This document shows, piece after piece, positions 28,159 to 37,148 of a stretch of DNA of 39,723 bases. This stretch comes from Myxococcota bacterium. Lineage in GTDB: Bacteria > Myxococcota_A > Bradymonadia > UBA7976 > UBA1532. The notes under the pieces were generated by a model that did no database searches, was not told where the DNA came from, and saw only the letters and a program-made list of their open reading frames with translations. The position numbers were made by a program, and so were the translations under genes. Within the stretch, counting starts at the first letter, position 1. Each line of letters starts with the position of its first letter. The stretch covers positions 1 through 39,723 of the forward strand of contig JAKLJY010000075.1 of assembly GCA_023150895.1 (NCBI GenBank), written 5' to 3'.

Positions 28159-30273
28159 TCAGCGCCTACGGGGTGGCACGACGGCGTCCCCGTAAACGTC
28201 CTCGGCGAACGCAGCCAAGGCATCGGGCAGCGCGCGCGCGATCAGTTCGGCGTAGGTCGACACGTCATGTGCGTCGCGGACGTGCAGTTCGACGTGAGGG
28301 TTCTCGGCGGTGATCCGCTCGCGAACCGAGGCACCCGCCGGTAGCGTGCCGGTGGCGACGACGCGGTCGAACTCCGCGCGGGAGAGACCCGGCGGGAGCA
28401 CGACCTCCACGAGATGCGCCGACCTGTGACCCGTGTCGTCGAAGCGCGGGTCTCGCGGGCTCAGGAGGGCCGTCAGTCGCCTCGTCGCGTGGGGGCCGTG
28501 TCGGAACGGCAAACGTGCCGCCGACGCCGCGGCCGCCGTCTCGAACGCCTCGATGGCTGCCGGGGTCGCTCGGCCGAGGAGTGGCGCCTCCGCAGGAGTC
28601 AATTGGGGTCCCTCGTGAGTCCATTCGAGTGCCATCGTGAACGTCTCCGGGCTCGCGTCGGCACCTGGGGCAGGGCCAAGGACGACCGAGAGCCCGCGGC
28701 CCTTGGTCATGGAACGCGTCCAGACCTCCGGAACGCGCTCCGACATCTCCTGCGACCGCACGAACCCGGCCTTCGTCAGCCACGGCCCCAGGACTCGGCG
28801 AAGCCCCTCGGGACCGCCGAGCATTGCGTCTCCCGGCGCCACCGGGGCGGGGCTCCGGCGGATCTGCTCGGCCAATGCGCGGACCGCCTCGCGCTCGACC
28901 GCCGCCCGTGCCTCGACCTCGGCCTGCGCGTCGGCATACGGGCTGCGGCCGTCCGGCGTGATGGTATAGACCATGATGTCGGCCGTGTCCCGCGCGGTGG
29001 CTGCGTCGAAGCCGCGCGCGTCGCGTTCGATGAAGTCACCTTCGCCCGGCATACGCAGCGGGCCGCCCCTCATGGCTTGCGCCTGCGCGGACAGCACGAA
29101 GTTCGCCCCCACGGTCGTCATCTCGACGGCGCCTCCCGGGCGGGCGTCCCGCGGAACGGTCTCGCCCAGCTCGGGCCGGTCGGGCCAGCGCCCGTGCGCG
29201 TCATGAAAGCGGCGGGCGTGCAAACCGACGCGAAGGAGGGAGAGGGATGTCGCGAGCTCGGTGCGCGAACGAGCGTATTTGTCGGGCACGGCGAAGCCCA
29301 ACCCAAGCACCCGGCCCTTGTCGGCCGGTCGAATCACCCCGAAGTCCTCGTTTCGCATCGCGCCCAGCGACGCGCGAAGTGCCGCCGGGGCCCGCGCGAT
29401 GAGCGCATCGTCGATGCGGCCCCTCAGCACGACGAAGCCATCGTCCACGCGATTGCGCAGCGCGAGCCACGTCTCCCCCGGCAGTCCGGCTTCCAGGGCG
29501 GCCAGCGAGGCCTCGGCCCGCACGCGGCGGGGCGCCGATGCCCCCTGGAGGGCCGCCGCACACACATTTGCGAGCGGGCCTCGGAGCGCGAGGACATAGA
29601 CGGCGCGCAGGTTGTCGAGCGTCGCCCCGTCGCGGGCCAGCGCCAGCAGATCGAGGCAACGATCGACCGCCTCGTCGCGTGTGCTCGGGTCGGCGGCCAG
29701 GCGCCTGACCTCGACGAGCGCGAACCGGATCCGGGTGGTGATCTGTGCCCCGAGGAGGCCGGGCGAGGTCGACGGATCGCCCAGGGTCAGCTCGACCTTC
29801 TCGAGCGCCCGGCCCGCGCGAAACACGGCTTCGGCGACGGGGCGGCACACCAGGAGTCGCCGGGCCAGGCCGGCGGGAAGGCGCGTGGCCGACCGGCGTC
29901 CGTCCGCCACGTCTACGAGCGCTTTCCGGTGAGACGCTTCCTCTGCTTCGGCGCCCAGGGGGAACGAGAGGGCACAGCCGTCGGGCACCCTGGCGCGCAG
30001 ATCGTCGAACGAGGCCCGCTCACCCGGGTACTCGGCCGGGTCGAAGTGCAGCGGCCGCGGGCGCGCGCTGTTCGCCGCGACGAGGGCCTCGAGGGTCGAG
30101 ATGAACGCCTCTCGGGCGGGCTCCAGCTCGTCGTCACCCGAGGTCTCGGGCGGGGCGGGCCGCTCGCCCGGGGACCGATCGCAGGCTCCGGTCAGGGCCA
30201 GGGCCAGGGGGACCGCGGCAAGCAAGCCGAACTGTCGAAGACCGCACAACCCCGGAGCGCGCGCAGAAATCAT
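28159..30273 (-). CDS. Lipoprotein of unknown function (about 704 aa)
   Basis: MISARAPGLCGLRQFGLLAAVPLALALTGAC carries the lipobox L-T-G-A-C. Long clean ORF; Ala/Arg-rich helical protein with no recognised motif. Confidence 0.5.
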   Translation of the reverse strand: MISARAPGLCGLRQFGLLAAVPLALALTGACDRSPGERPAPPETSGDDELEPAREAFISTLEALVAANSARPRPLHFDPAEYPGERASFDDLRARVPDGCALSFPLGAEAEEASHRKALVDVADGRRSATRLPAGLARRLLVCRPVAEAVFRAGRALEKVELTLGDPSTSPGLLGAQITTRIRFALVEVRRLAADPSTRDEAVDRCLDLLALARDGATLDNLRAVYVLALRGPLANVCAAALQGASAPRRVRAEASLAALEAGLPGETWLALRNRVDDGFVVLRGRIDDALIARAPAALRASLGAMRNEDFGVIRPADKGRVLGLGFAVPDKYARSRTELATSLSLLRVGLHARRFHDAHGRWPDRPELGETVPRDARPGGAVEMTTVGANFVLSAQAQAMRGGPLRMPGEGDFIERDARGFDAATARDTADIMVYTITPDGRSPYADAQAEVEARAAVEREAVRALAEQIRRSPAPVAPGDAMLGGPEGLRRVLGPWLTKAGFVRSQEMSERVPEVWTRSMTKGRGLSVVLGPAPGADASPETFTMALEWTHEGPQLTPAEAPLLGRATPAAIEAFETAAAASAARLPFRHGPHATRRLTALLSPRDPRFDDTGHRSAHLVEVVLPPGLSRAEFDRVVATGTLPAGASVRERITAENPHVELHVRDAHDVSTYAELIARALPDALAAFAEDVYGDAVVPPRRR

Positions 30274-30337
30274 CGTTCGAGCCTGCACGACGCGCAGGCT
30301 TGGGGCAAGAGGCGACTGACCCGCCGGGGCGAGGCCG

Positions 30338-30453
30338 CCGGGTTCGACGGCCAACTGCGCGTGACCGACGCCGCGCTCGTGCCGGGGGCCCCGTTCGCGT
30401 TCGAGTTCGACGTCGGCCTCTGGGTGGGCCTCGACACCGCGGCGGGGGAGTGA
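30338..30453 (+). repeat. Direct-repeat copy of the CotH gene 3' end (remnant fragment)
   Basis: caactgcgcgtgaccgacgccgcgctcgtgccggg(g/t)gccccgtt(c/t)gcgttcgagttcgacgtcggcctctgggtgggcctcg is about 95% identical to 27436–27525. It translates to …LRVTDAALVPGAPFAFEFDVGLWVGL… followed by a different tail. Confidence 0.6.
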
Positions 30454-30578
30454 CGGGGCCGGGCACTTCGGCCGCCCTGCGCGCAGGCCCGTGCGGTACA
30501 CTGTGTCCCGTGACGACCGACGACCCCAGTACGTCTACGCGCGCCCGTGCGGCCGCCCGCCGCCGGGCAACGTGGCCC

Positions 30579-30764
30579 ATGCGAATCACGTCGCTGGACG
30601 CCGCGGTCGACGACGACGGCTACGTCGACGCGCCCCCGGGTGAGCGCGTGGCGATGGTCTACGAGCTGACGCTGGCCGCCTGGGCGCTGTCGGGGCGCCC
30701 GATGCCGACGTACTCGCGGGCAGAGATCCCCGGTCGCCTGATTCGGGGGGACTCGAGCCCGTGA
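30579..30764 (+). CDS. Small ORF (61 aa) overlapping the start of the downstream nucleotidyltransferase-fold gene
   Basis: MRITSLDAAVDDDGYVDAPPGERVAMVYELTLAAWALSG…; its stop overlaps the downstream start (GTGA). No recognisable motif; could be a cognate partner/antitoxin or a non-coding leader. Confidence 0.3.
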   Translation: MRITSLDAAVDDDGYVDAPPGERVAMVYELTLAAWALSGRPMPTYSRAEIPGRLIRGDSSP

Positions 30765-31237
30765 GTGACGCACCGCGCCTCCTCGAAGACACCCGCGACC
30801 TGCTCGACGCCTTCGAGGACGCGGGGGTGGCCTACATCGTCGTGGGTGCGCACGCGCTGGCCGCGCACGGGATTCCCCGGGCAACGGGCGACTTCGATGT
30901 GCTCGTCCGACCGGATCGCGCGAACGCCACGCGGGTCCTCGCCGCGCTCCGGCACTTCGGCGCGCCCGTCGAGGCACACGGCCTCGAGGTCAGCGACTTC
31001 ACGCGCCCGGCGACGGTGTATCAGATGGGGCTTCCGCCGCGGCGCATCGACGTGCTGACGTCGGTCAGCGGCGTCGACTTCGACGAGGCCTGGGCCTCAC
31101 GCATCGAGGCCGAGGTCGACGGGCGCCGGCTGCCGGTGCTCGGACGCGCCGCCCTGCTGAAGAACAAGCGCGCCAGCGGGCGCCCGAAGGACCTCCTCGA
31201 TGTGGCGGCGCTCGAGCGATCATCCGGCGCGCGGTAG
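30761..31237 (+). CDS. Minimal nucleotidyltransferase (MNT)-fold protein
   Basis: IVVGAHALAAHGIPRATGDFDVLV matches the G[SA]x9–13DxD nucleotidyltransferase signature followed by a β-strand. The C-terminal …NKRASGRPKDLLDVAAL is typical of small NTase-fold toxin/antitoxin family members. Size is 158 aa. Confidence 0.5.
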   Translation: MSDAPRLLEDTRDLLDAFEDAGVAYIVVGAHALAAHGIPRATGDFDVLVRPDRANATRVLAALRHFGAPVEAHGLEVSDFTRPATVYQMGLPPRRIDVLTSVSGVDFDEAWASRIEAEVDGRRLPVLGRAALLKNKRASGRPKDLLDVAALERSSGAR

Positions 31238-31361
31238 AATGATCGCCGCACACGCGCCTGACCGAGAATCGCGCCGCCCCGGTGAATACCGCCGGCGTCC
31301 CTCTCGTCGGAGCCTCCGGAACTCGTCAGCACGAAACGGTACGGATCGAAACGGAAATCAC

Positions 31362-32339
31362 ATGCGGTCGACCCCGATGATCAGAAGCCCTTTCCACGCC
31401 GCGGCGAGCACCGTCGCGCTGTTCTCGGCCCTCGCAGGACTCGGTGCATGCAGCTCCGACGACGACGGAGCGGGGAACATCACCGCCTTCGGGCAGCAGT
31501 ACAGCGAGATCGTGTGCAGCGGGTTCGCCAGTTGTTGCGCGGACACGGGGCAGCCCGTGGACAAGGGCCAGTGTCAGCAGCTCTTCAACTACCAGATCGA
31601 CGAGTTCGAAGCCGGTATCAACAGCGGCAAGTTCACCTTCGACGCGTCGGCGGCCAATGAGTGCCTCGCGGCCGTGCGGGCCATGTCGAACCTGTGCACG
31701 GAAGAGCCCCCCACGGTCTGCGACAAGGTCACGAAGGGCACCGTCGGGGCCAACGAGCGCTGCGACGACGACGACGAATGCGCGGTTCCGCCCGGCGGAC
31801 AGGCCTCCTGTAACTACAGCGGCGAGGCCGAGTACGGCCGCTGCGAACAGACCGTGCGGGGCAAGGTGGGCGACGACTGCCAGCAAACGTGCGAGGACCT
31901 CGGCGGCGGGGGCTGGTCGTGCGGCGGCAGCGGTGAGGACCCCGTCGACGGGATCTCCACGGCCTGTTACCGCAACGACAACCTCGTCTGCGATTACGAG
32001 ACGAAGAAGTGCGTCGCCCTCGGCGCGGCCGGCGCCGACTGTGGCAACGATGACGACTGCGCGCAGGGGCTCTACTGCCCGTTCGAGACCAACAAGTGTA
32101 CGGCCCTCGGTGCCGCGGGCGCGGCCTGCACGTCGAACAGCGCCTGCGAGAGCGACTACTGCGATCCGTCGGACGTGTGCGCCCCGCCGCTCGCGCTCGG
32201 GGCGGCCTGTGACGCGAACGCGGAGCGCGACCCCTGCGGGGCGGACGGGCGCTGTTCCGAAGAGGGCAAGTGCGAGGAAGGCGGCCTCTTGGGCGGGGGC
32301 GGTGGCACTGCGCTCGTCTGCGGTTTCCTGGGCGGGTGA
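31362..32339 (+). CDS. Cysteine-rich repeat lipoprotein
   Basis: Lipobox in MRSTPMIRSPFHAAASTVALFSALAGLGAC. Multiple repeats of the C-x-ALGAAGAxC-x5-C-x4-C type, Asp/Gly/Cys-rich, indicating an extracellular disulfide-rich domain. Confidence 0.6.
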   Translation: MRSTPMIRSPFHAAASTVALFSALAGLGACSSDDDGAGNITAFGQQYSEIVCSGFASCCADTGQPVDKGQCQQLFNYQIDEFEAGINSGKFTFDASAANECLAAVRAMSNLCTEEPPTVCDKVTKGTVGANERCDDDDECAVPPGGQASCNYSGEAEYGRCEQTVRGKVGDDCQQTCEDLGGGGWSCGGSGEDPVDGISTACYRNDNLVCDYETKKCVALGAAGADCGNDDDCAQGLYCPFETNKCTALGAAGAACTSNSACESDYCDPSDVCAPPLALGAACDANAERDPCGADGRCSEEGKCEEGGLLGGGGGTALVCGFLGG

Positions 32340-32363
32340 CCCGCGGGCCCGGCCGTCGCGGCG

Positions 32364-33593
32364 TCAGCGCGGCGGCAGCGACGTGCGGCGCAGGCCGGCG
32401 GCGGCGACCAGGAAGACGGCGATGCCGCCGATGCCCAGGCCCGCCTCGGTGTAGAGCATGCCGTCGGCGCCCTTCACGTCGGCGACGTAGCCGAGCAACA
32501 ACCCCACCCACCAGATGGGGAAGTTCGAGAGGGTGGCGTAGAGGGTGTATTTCGTGGCCGCCGAGCCGGGGCCGATGGCGTCGAGCACGACGGCGGTGAA
32601 GGCGGCGTAGCTCAGCCCGACACCCAAGGAATACACCACGTTGCCCCCGACGTAGGTGGCGGGGGTCATGGGCAGCGCGGCCATGCCGCCGGCGACGATG
32701 GCCAGCGAGAGACCCATCGCGGCGTAGACGGCGCGCGGGGGGAAACGCATGCAGAGCCAACCGCCCATGAAGCACCCGGCGCCGTTGATGAGGCCGGCCA
32801 TGACACCCTGAACGAGCGCGACCTCGTGCTCGCCGGCGCCCCACTTCTCGGCGACGGCGGACTGCGTCAACACACCCTGCGCGGCGCCGGTGCCGATGGG
32901 CAGGAAACACAGGATGGCGCTCGCGAGGCCGCCCTGCGTGCGGGTCATGCCTCGGATGTTCGCGAAGACCTGCCCGATGGCCGCCTTCGGGCCCTGCCCG
33001 TGCCCCTCGGCCGGGAGGTCCGGCAGCGCGCGCAGGGCGAGGCAGCAGGCCGCGAAGAGCACCGCGAAGATGAGCCCGGTCATCCAGGCTTCGGGCAGGG
33101 CGTTGAGCAGCAGGAGCCCGACGCCGCCGCCGATGCCGGCCCCGCCGAGGTTGCCGGCCTGGAACCACGCGCTGACGCGGCCGATTTGATCAACGGGCGT
33201 GACCTGCGCCATCAGGGCCTCGACGGCCATGCCCACCATCGAGTTGACGAGGTTGGCCGCGGCGATGACCGCCAGCAGGAGCGGCAGCGTCTCCGGGCCG
33301 AGGGGGATGCTGGCGATGGCCGCGACGCCCACCGACGAGCCGAGCGCCGAGATGTAATACCAGCGCTTGGGCGTCAGCGTGGTGTCCACCAGGGGCGCCC
33401 AGATCCACTTCAGCCAGTTCATCATCAGGCCGGCGGCGCCCAAAAAAGCGCTCTCGGTGATGGACAGGCCGTGGCGCGTGCCCAGGAAGGTGAGCGCGAC
33501 CGTGACGAAACCGCCGAGGGCGCCGAACGGGAAGTACAGGATGGTGTAGACGACCGGGTGGGGGACCCGGTGCGGGTGCGCGGTCGCCGTCAC
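32364..33593 (-). CDS. MFS transporter, AmpG/PAT-family-like (muropeptide or lysophospholipid permease type)
   Basis: Multiple TM segments. MNWLKWIWAPLVD matches the AmpG/LplT loop-1 signature (LKFLWxPLxD). The GTG start overlaps the stop of the upstream vault-protein gene (GTGA). Length is 409 aa, confirmed by counting. Confidence 0.7.
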   Translation of the reverse strand: MTATAHPHRVPHPVVYTILYFPFGALGGFVTVALTFLGTRHGLSITESAFLGAAGLMMNWLKWIWAPLVDTTLTPKRWYYISALGSSVGVAAIASIPLGPETLPLLLAVIAAANLVNSMVGMAVEALMAQVTPVDQIGRVSAWFQAGNLGGAGIGGGVGLLLLNALPEAWMTGLIFAVLFAACCLALRALPDLPAEGHGQGPKAAIGQVFANIRGMTRTQGGLASAILCFLPIGTGAAQGVLTQSAVAEKWGAGEHEVALVQGVMAGLINGAGCFMGGWLCMRFPPRAVYAAMGLSLAIVAGGMAALPMTPATYVGGNVVYSLGVGLSYAAFTAVVLDAIGPGSAATKYTLYATLSNFPIWWVGLLLGYVADVKGADGMLYTEAGLGIGGIAVFLVAAAGLRRTSLPPR

Positions 33594-36115
33594 GTCGCGT
33601 CCGACTTCGGGCCGGTGAGGGCCTTGCCGTCGAGGACCCGCCCGAGGATGTTCGAGAGCGGCGTGCCCTCGAAGACCTTGGCGATGACGTCGGTGAGGTT
33701 CTTGCCGCCGATGAACTGCTGCACGCTCATGGCCTCGGCGATCTTGACGAGGACCTCGTGGTTGGAGAGCGCGAGCAGCGCCTCGCTGAAGCCGCCCTGG
33801 GCCGCCTCGAAGCGGGCGACGGTGGCCTCGACCTCGGCCTTGAGCGCGGCGAGGCGCAGCGCCTGCTCGCCCTCGCTGATCTCGTAGCGGATGGCCGCCG
33901 CGGTGCGATCCCGCTCGAGGCCGGCGGTGTGTTCGACCCCGACCGCCTCGGCCCGCGCCTCGGCGACCTTCTTCTGTTCGACGAGGGCCTTGATCTCGCC
34001 GATGAGGTGGGCGAGCTGCACGCGCTGCTTGTTCTCGGCCTCCTCGACGCCGAGCTCGGACAAGCGCCGCGACGTCTGTGCTTTCGCCTCCGCCGTCTGA
34101 CGATTGATGTCCTCCTGTCGCTGCGTGGCCTCGAGCGCGCGATTCGCCCGCTGCAGCGCGATGTTGGACTCGACGGCCTCGTGCTGCGCGAGATTGAGCA
34201 GGCGCGCGATGTTCTCGTCGCCGATGGTCACGCCGAGGACCTCGACGTCCGTGACGTGCATGCCGTTCTCCTTGAACTTCATGCCCGTCCGCCCGCCGCC
34301 CTCGGCAGGCACGCCGAGGATGGTGTCGCGGATGACGTCGACGCTCTGTCGGTAGAACTGATCGACGCTGATGCGTTTGACGACGCCCTTGAGCACCGAG
34401 CGGACGTGGTCGCAGAGGAACTTGACGTAGTTCTCGACCTCGAACCACCGCATGGGATCGTCGGTGAAGTTCACGCGCAGCGAGTATTCGAGGCGCACCC
34501 GCACGTGATCGGCCGTCTCGACCTCGCAGATGTCCGAGACCTTGTTGTTGAGCACGCGCAGGAACACCGTGCGCAGCAGTTTGTCGGTGCTCTTCGGTTT
34601 GCCCGTCGAGAGTTCGATGACCTCGAAGGACTCGTCGTAGGCGAGCAGCAGGTTCTTCGGGCCGACCTCGACGCGGCGGTTGCCCTTCTTGTCGACGATC
34701 ATCAGCGCGTAGCCCACCCACACGCTGATGGCGGGCACGCCCTCGAACTTGGTGTTGAAGACCAGCGTGCGGGGCTGGTTGAACTGACTCACGCGGTCGA
34801 CGGTGTCACCGGCGCTCGCGGCGCGCTCCCGGGCGGCGCCGACCCCGGCGGCGACGGCTTGTGCGGCGGGCACGGCGGCCGCCTTGGCGCCGGGGGCCTG
34901 CGCGCGCTGGTAGTCCCCCTCGGAGATGACGCCCGCCCGAGCCCCCGGGGTCTCGTTGGCCATCGCGCGCAGCGCGCGGTTGTAGGCGAGGGCCTCCTCG
35001 TTGCCGGGGTACCACGTCGCACACTCGCGATCCGACAGGATGCGGCGCACGATGATCTCGTCGACCGGGTTGGGCAGGAGCATCAGCGGGCCGGCCGCCA
35101 TGCGGATCTCGCCCGACTTCCGGTTCATGACATAGCGCGCCTCACCGGCGGGAATGGCCACGGCGAAGTGTTTCTCGCGCCCGTCGTACCGCACGAGGGA
35201 GTGTTCTTCGCGCGGGAAGTAGATGGCCGTCTCTTTGCCCGTGATGAAGAGCTCGTCGCCCTCGGAGTACGCCCGCCCCTGCTCGTCTTTGTAGGGGGCG
35301 ATGATCTTGATGTGCAGGCCCTGAATCTCGTTGAGCTCCAGGGCTTTGAACTTGCGGTGGCCTTCTTTGACGATGAACGTCTCGGTCGGCTCGGGGAAGA
35401 CCACCTGCGGCCCGCGCTCGTAGCGCTTCTTGCCGTTCTGATCCACCAGGATGCAGTACTCGAGGCGCTCGAGCGTCAGCGCATCGCGGACGTAGTGGTT
35501 GTTTTCGTCCGTGACGACCCCCACACCCGTCGGCGGAATGTAAAACGAGACGTCCGTCCCCTTGATGATGAGCAGTTTACCGACGGTGAGGTCCGCCGGG
35601 ACGCGTGAGACCGGGGCCTCGGCCGCGCCCTCGGTGGCCGGCTTGACGACCGCCGTCGCCCAGTTCTTGCGTGCCTCTTCCTCGTTGTAGACCCGCACGA
35701 GCAGGTACTGATTCGAGCGCAGGTGGTGCCCCTGCACCAGCTTGACGATCTGCCCCGGCCACAGCGCGAACGCGCACGGCCCCGTGATGTTGATCTTGCG
35801 GCCGACCTCGAGATCCGGCCCGGGGTGAACGCCGCCCGGCGTGGGGTGGTCGTTGCGGACCGACGGGTTCTTGAGCACCAGGTAGAAGCCCTCGGGCGCG
35901 ATGGCGATCTGCTGCACCGCCTCTTCGAGGCCGCAGGGCTCGAAGCGTTTGCTCGTCGGGTTGAAGACGACCGGCCGCTCCTGCGCGGTGGGGTTGATGA
36001 CCGTCGGGCCGGTGTAGGTCTTCACCACGCCCTTCGTCACGTCCTGCATGTACGCGTATTCGCTGGGGGCCAGCACCAGATCTCGTTTGCTCACGCGGTC
36101 GTCCACGGTCGGCAC
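33590..36115 (-). CDS. Major vault protein (MVP) homologue
   Basis: Collinear with eukaryotic MVP: the N-terminal MVP-repeat start (LVLAPSEYAYMQDVTKGVVKTYTGP against human [26 protein letters not shown]); repeated β-rich modules; shoulder-domain blocks RVEVGPKNLLLAYDESFEVIELSTGKPKS (human [30 protein letters not shown]) and EVETADHVRVRLEYSLRVNFTDDP (human [27 protein letters not shown]); and an SPFH-like/coiled-coil cap region (…NIALQRANRALEATQRQEDINRQTAEAKA…). Confidence 0.75.
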   Translation of the reverse strand: MPTVDDRVSKRDLVLAPSEYAYMQDVTKGVVKTYTGPTVINPTAQERPVVFNPTSKRFEPCGLEEAVQQIAIAPEGFYLVLKNPSVRNDHPTPGGVHPGPDLEVGRKINITGPCAFALWPGQIVKLVQGHHLRSNQYLLVRVYNEEEARKNWATAVVKPATEGAAEAPVSRVPADLTVGKLLIIKGTDVSFYIPPTGVGVVTDENNHYVRDALTLERLEYCILVDQNGKKRYERGPQVVFPEPTETFIVKEGHRKFKALELNEIQGLHIKIIAPYKDEQGRAYSEGDELFITGKETAIYFPREEHSLVRYDGREKHFAVAIPAGEARYVMNRKSGEIRMAAGPLMLLPNPVDEIIVRRILSDRECATWYPGNEEALAYNRALRAMANETPGARAGVISEGDYQRAQAPGAKAAAVPAAQAVAAGVGAARERAASAGDTVDRVSQFNQPRTLVFNTKFEGVPAISVWVGYALMIVDKKGNRRVEVGPKNLLLAYDESFEVIELSTGKPKSTDKLLRTVFLRVLNNKVSDICEVETADHVRVRLEYSLRVNFTDDPMRWFEVENYVKFLCDHVRSVLKGVVKRISVDQFYRQSVDVIRDTILGVPAEGGGRTGMKFKENGMHVTDVEVLGVTIGDENIARLLNLAQHEAVESNIALQRANRALEATQRQEDINRQTAEAKAQTSRRLSELGVEEAENKQRVQLAHLIGEIKALVEQKKVAEARAEAVGVEHTAGLERDRTAAAIRYEISEGEQALRLAALKAEVEATVARFEAAQGGFSEALLALSNHEVLVKIAEAMSVQQFIGGKNLTDVIAKVFEGTPLSNILGRVLDGKALTGPKSDAT

Positions 36116-36239
36116 TCCTTCGTTTCAGGGCAATCGCCGCAACCATCGGCGGTTTGAGCGGACGGGGCAAGGCCCGGCGCGCGCGTCGGACACGGGGCGA
36201 CTTGCGACCGGGGGGCCGGCCCGGGCATCAGACCGGATC

Positions 36240-37133
36240 GTGAGCTTTTCCGAACTCCGCGCTTTCCTCCTCGTCGCCGAGAAGGGTTCCTTCCTGGCGG
36301 CGGCCATCGCCTCGGGCGAGTCGCGCACGACGCTGCGCCGGCACGTCGACGCGCTCGAGGCCCGGGCGGGGGTGCCGCTCTTGCACCGCGACCGCCGGGG
36401 GGTCATCCCCACCGAGGCGGGCACGCGCCTGCTGGCGTCGGGCCGGGTCATGGAGCGCGAGTTCACGGACCTGCTGACGTCGATTCGCGAGATGGGGCGC
36501 CTGCCCTCCGGCACCGTGCGGGTGCTGCTGCCCGTCGGGCTGCCGATGACCGGACTTTCGGCGATTCAAGCCTTGCTGAAGGCCTCGTTCCCGCAATTGC
36601 GCTTCCGGTTGACGTTCTACGACGGTCCGTTGGGCCCCACGCCGCCCGAGGCCGACGTCGTGGCGTGGTTCGGCGAGACGCCGCCGCCGGGCGCCTGGGA
36701 GGCCCGGGTCGTCACGCGGGCGCGGCAACGCCTGCTGGCCGCGCCGGCCTATCTCGAGATGCACGGCACGCCGACCGACGTCGAGAGCCTGTGCCGGCAC
36801 GAGCTGGCCGTCTTCGCGGCGCCGGACGATCCCGCCGGACGGCTGGTCACCCGCACGGGGCAGCGCGTCCCCAAGGAGCCGCTGGTGGTGACGAGCAACG
36901 TCGACTTTCTGCACGCGACGGCCCGCAGCGGCGCCGCCATCGCCTGGGTGCCCGACGGCGACGTGCCGCCCCCGCCCGGTGAGCCGCCGCTCGTGCCCGT
37001 GCTCGAGGCGCTCTTCGGGCGGGACGTGCCCGTCTCGGTGGGCGTGCCGGCGGCCCTCGTCGAACTGCCCAAGGTGCGGGTCTTTCTGGAGAACCTGACG
37101 GCCATCCGCGACGCGGGCCTCAGCGCGCGCTGA
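36240..37133 (+). CDS. LysR-family transcriptional regulator
   Basis: GTG start gives VSFSELRAFLLVAEKGSFLAAAIASGESRTTLRRHVDALEARAGVPLLHRDRRGVIPTEAG, an N-terminal LysR wHTH. A C-terminal substrate-binding-like domain follows. It is divergent from the MVP–MFS operon. Confidence 0.8.
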   Translation: MSFSELRAFLLVAEKGSFLAAAIASGESRTTLRRHVDALEARAGVPLLHRDRRGVIPTEAGTRLLASGRVMEREFTDLLTSIREMGRLPSGTVRVLLPVGLPMTGLSAIQALLKASFPQLRFRLTFYDGPLGPTPPEADVVAWFGETPPPGAWEARVVTRARQRLLAAPAYLEMHGTPTDVESLCRHELAVFAAPDDPAGRLVTRTGQRVPKEPLVVTSNVDFLHATARSGAAIAWVPDGDVPPPPGEPPLVPVLEALFGRDVPVSVGVPAALVELPKVRVFLENLTAIRDAGLSAR

Positions 37134-37148
37134 CGCCGCGGCCCGTTC

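Noticed and set aside
28081-28344. 87-aa plus-strand ORF that might encode the missing distal half of the truncated PIN toxin
   Set aside because: The translation (MASESPAPMGTNRSSESPP…) has no PIN-like acidic motifs and overlaps the 3' end of the convergent lipoprotein gene.
36116-36239. Imperfect inverted repeat atcgccgcaaccatcggcggt in the LysR–MVP divergent region as a LysR T-N11-A box
   Set aside because: Only a partial palindrome in a GC-rich spacer. It cannot be supported without footprinting or comparative data.
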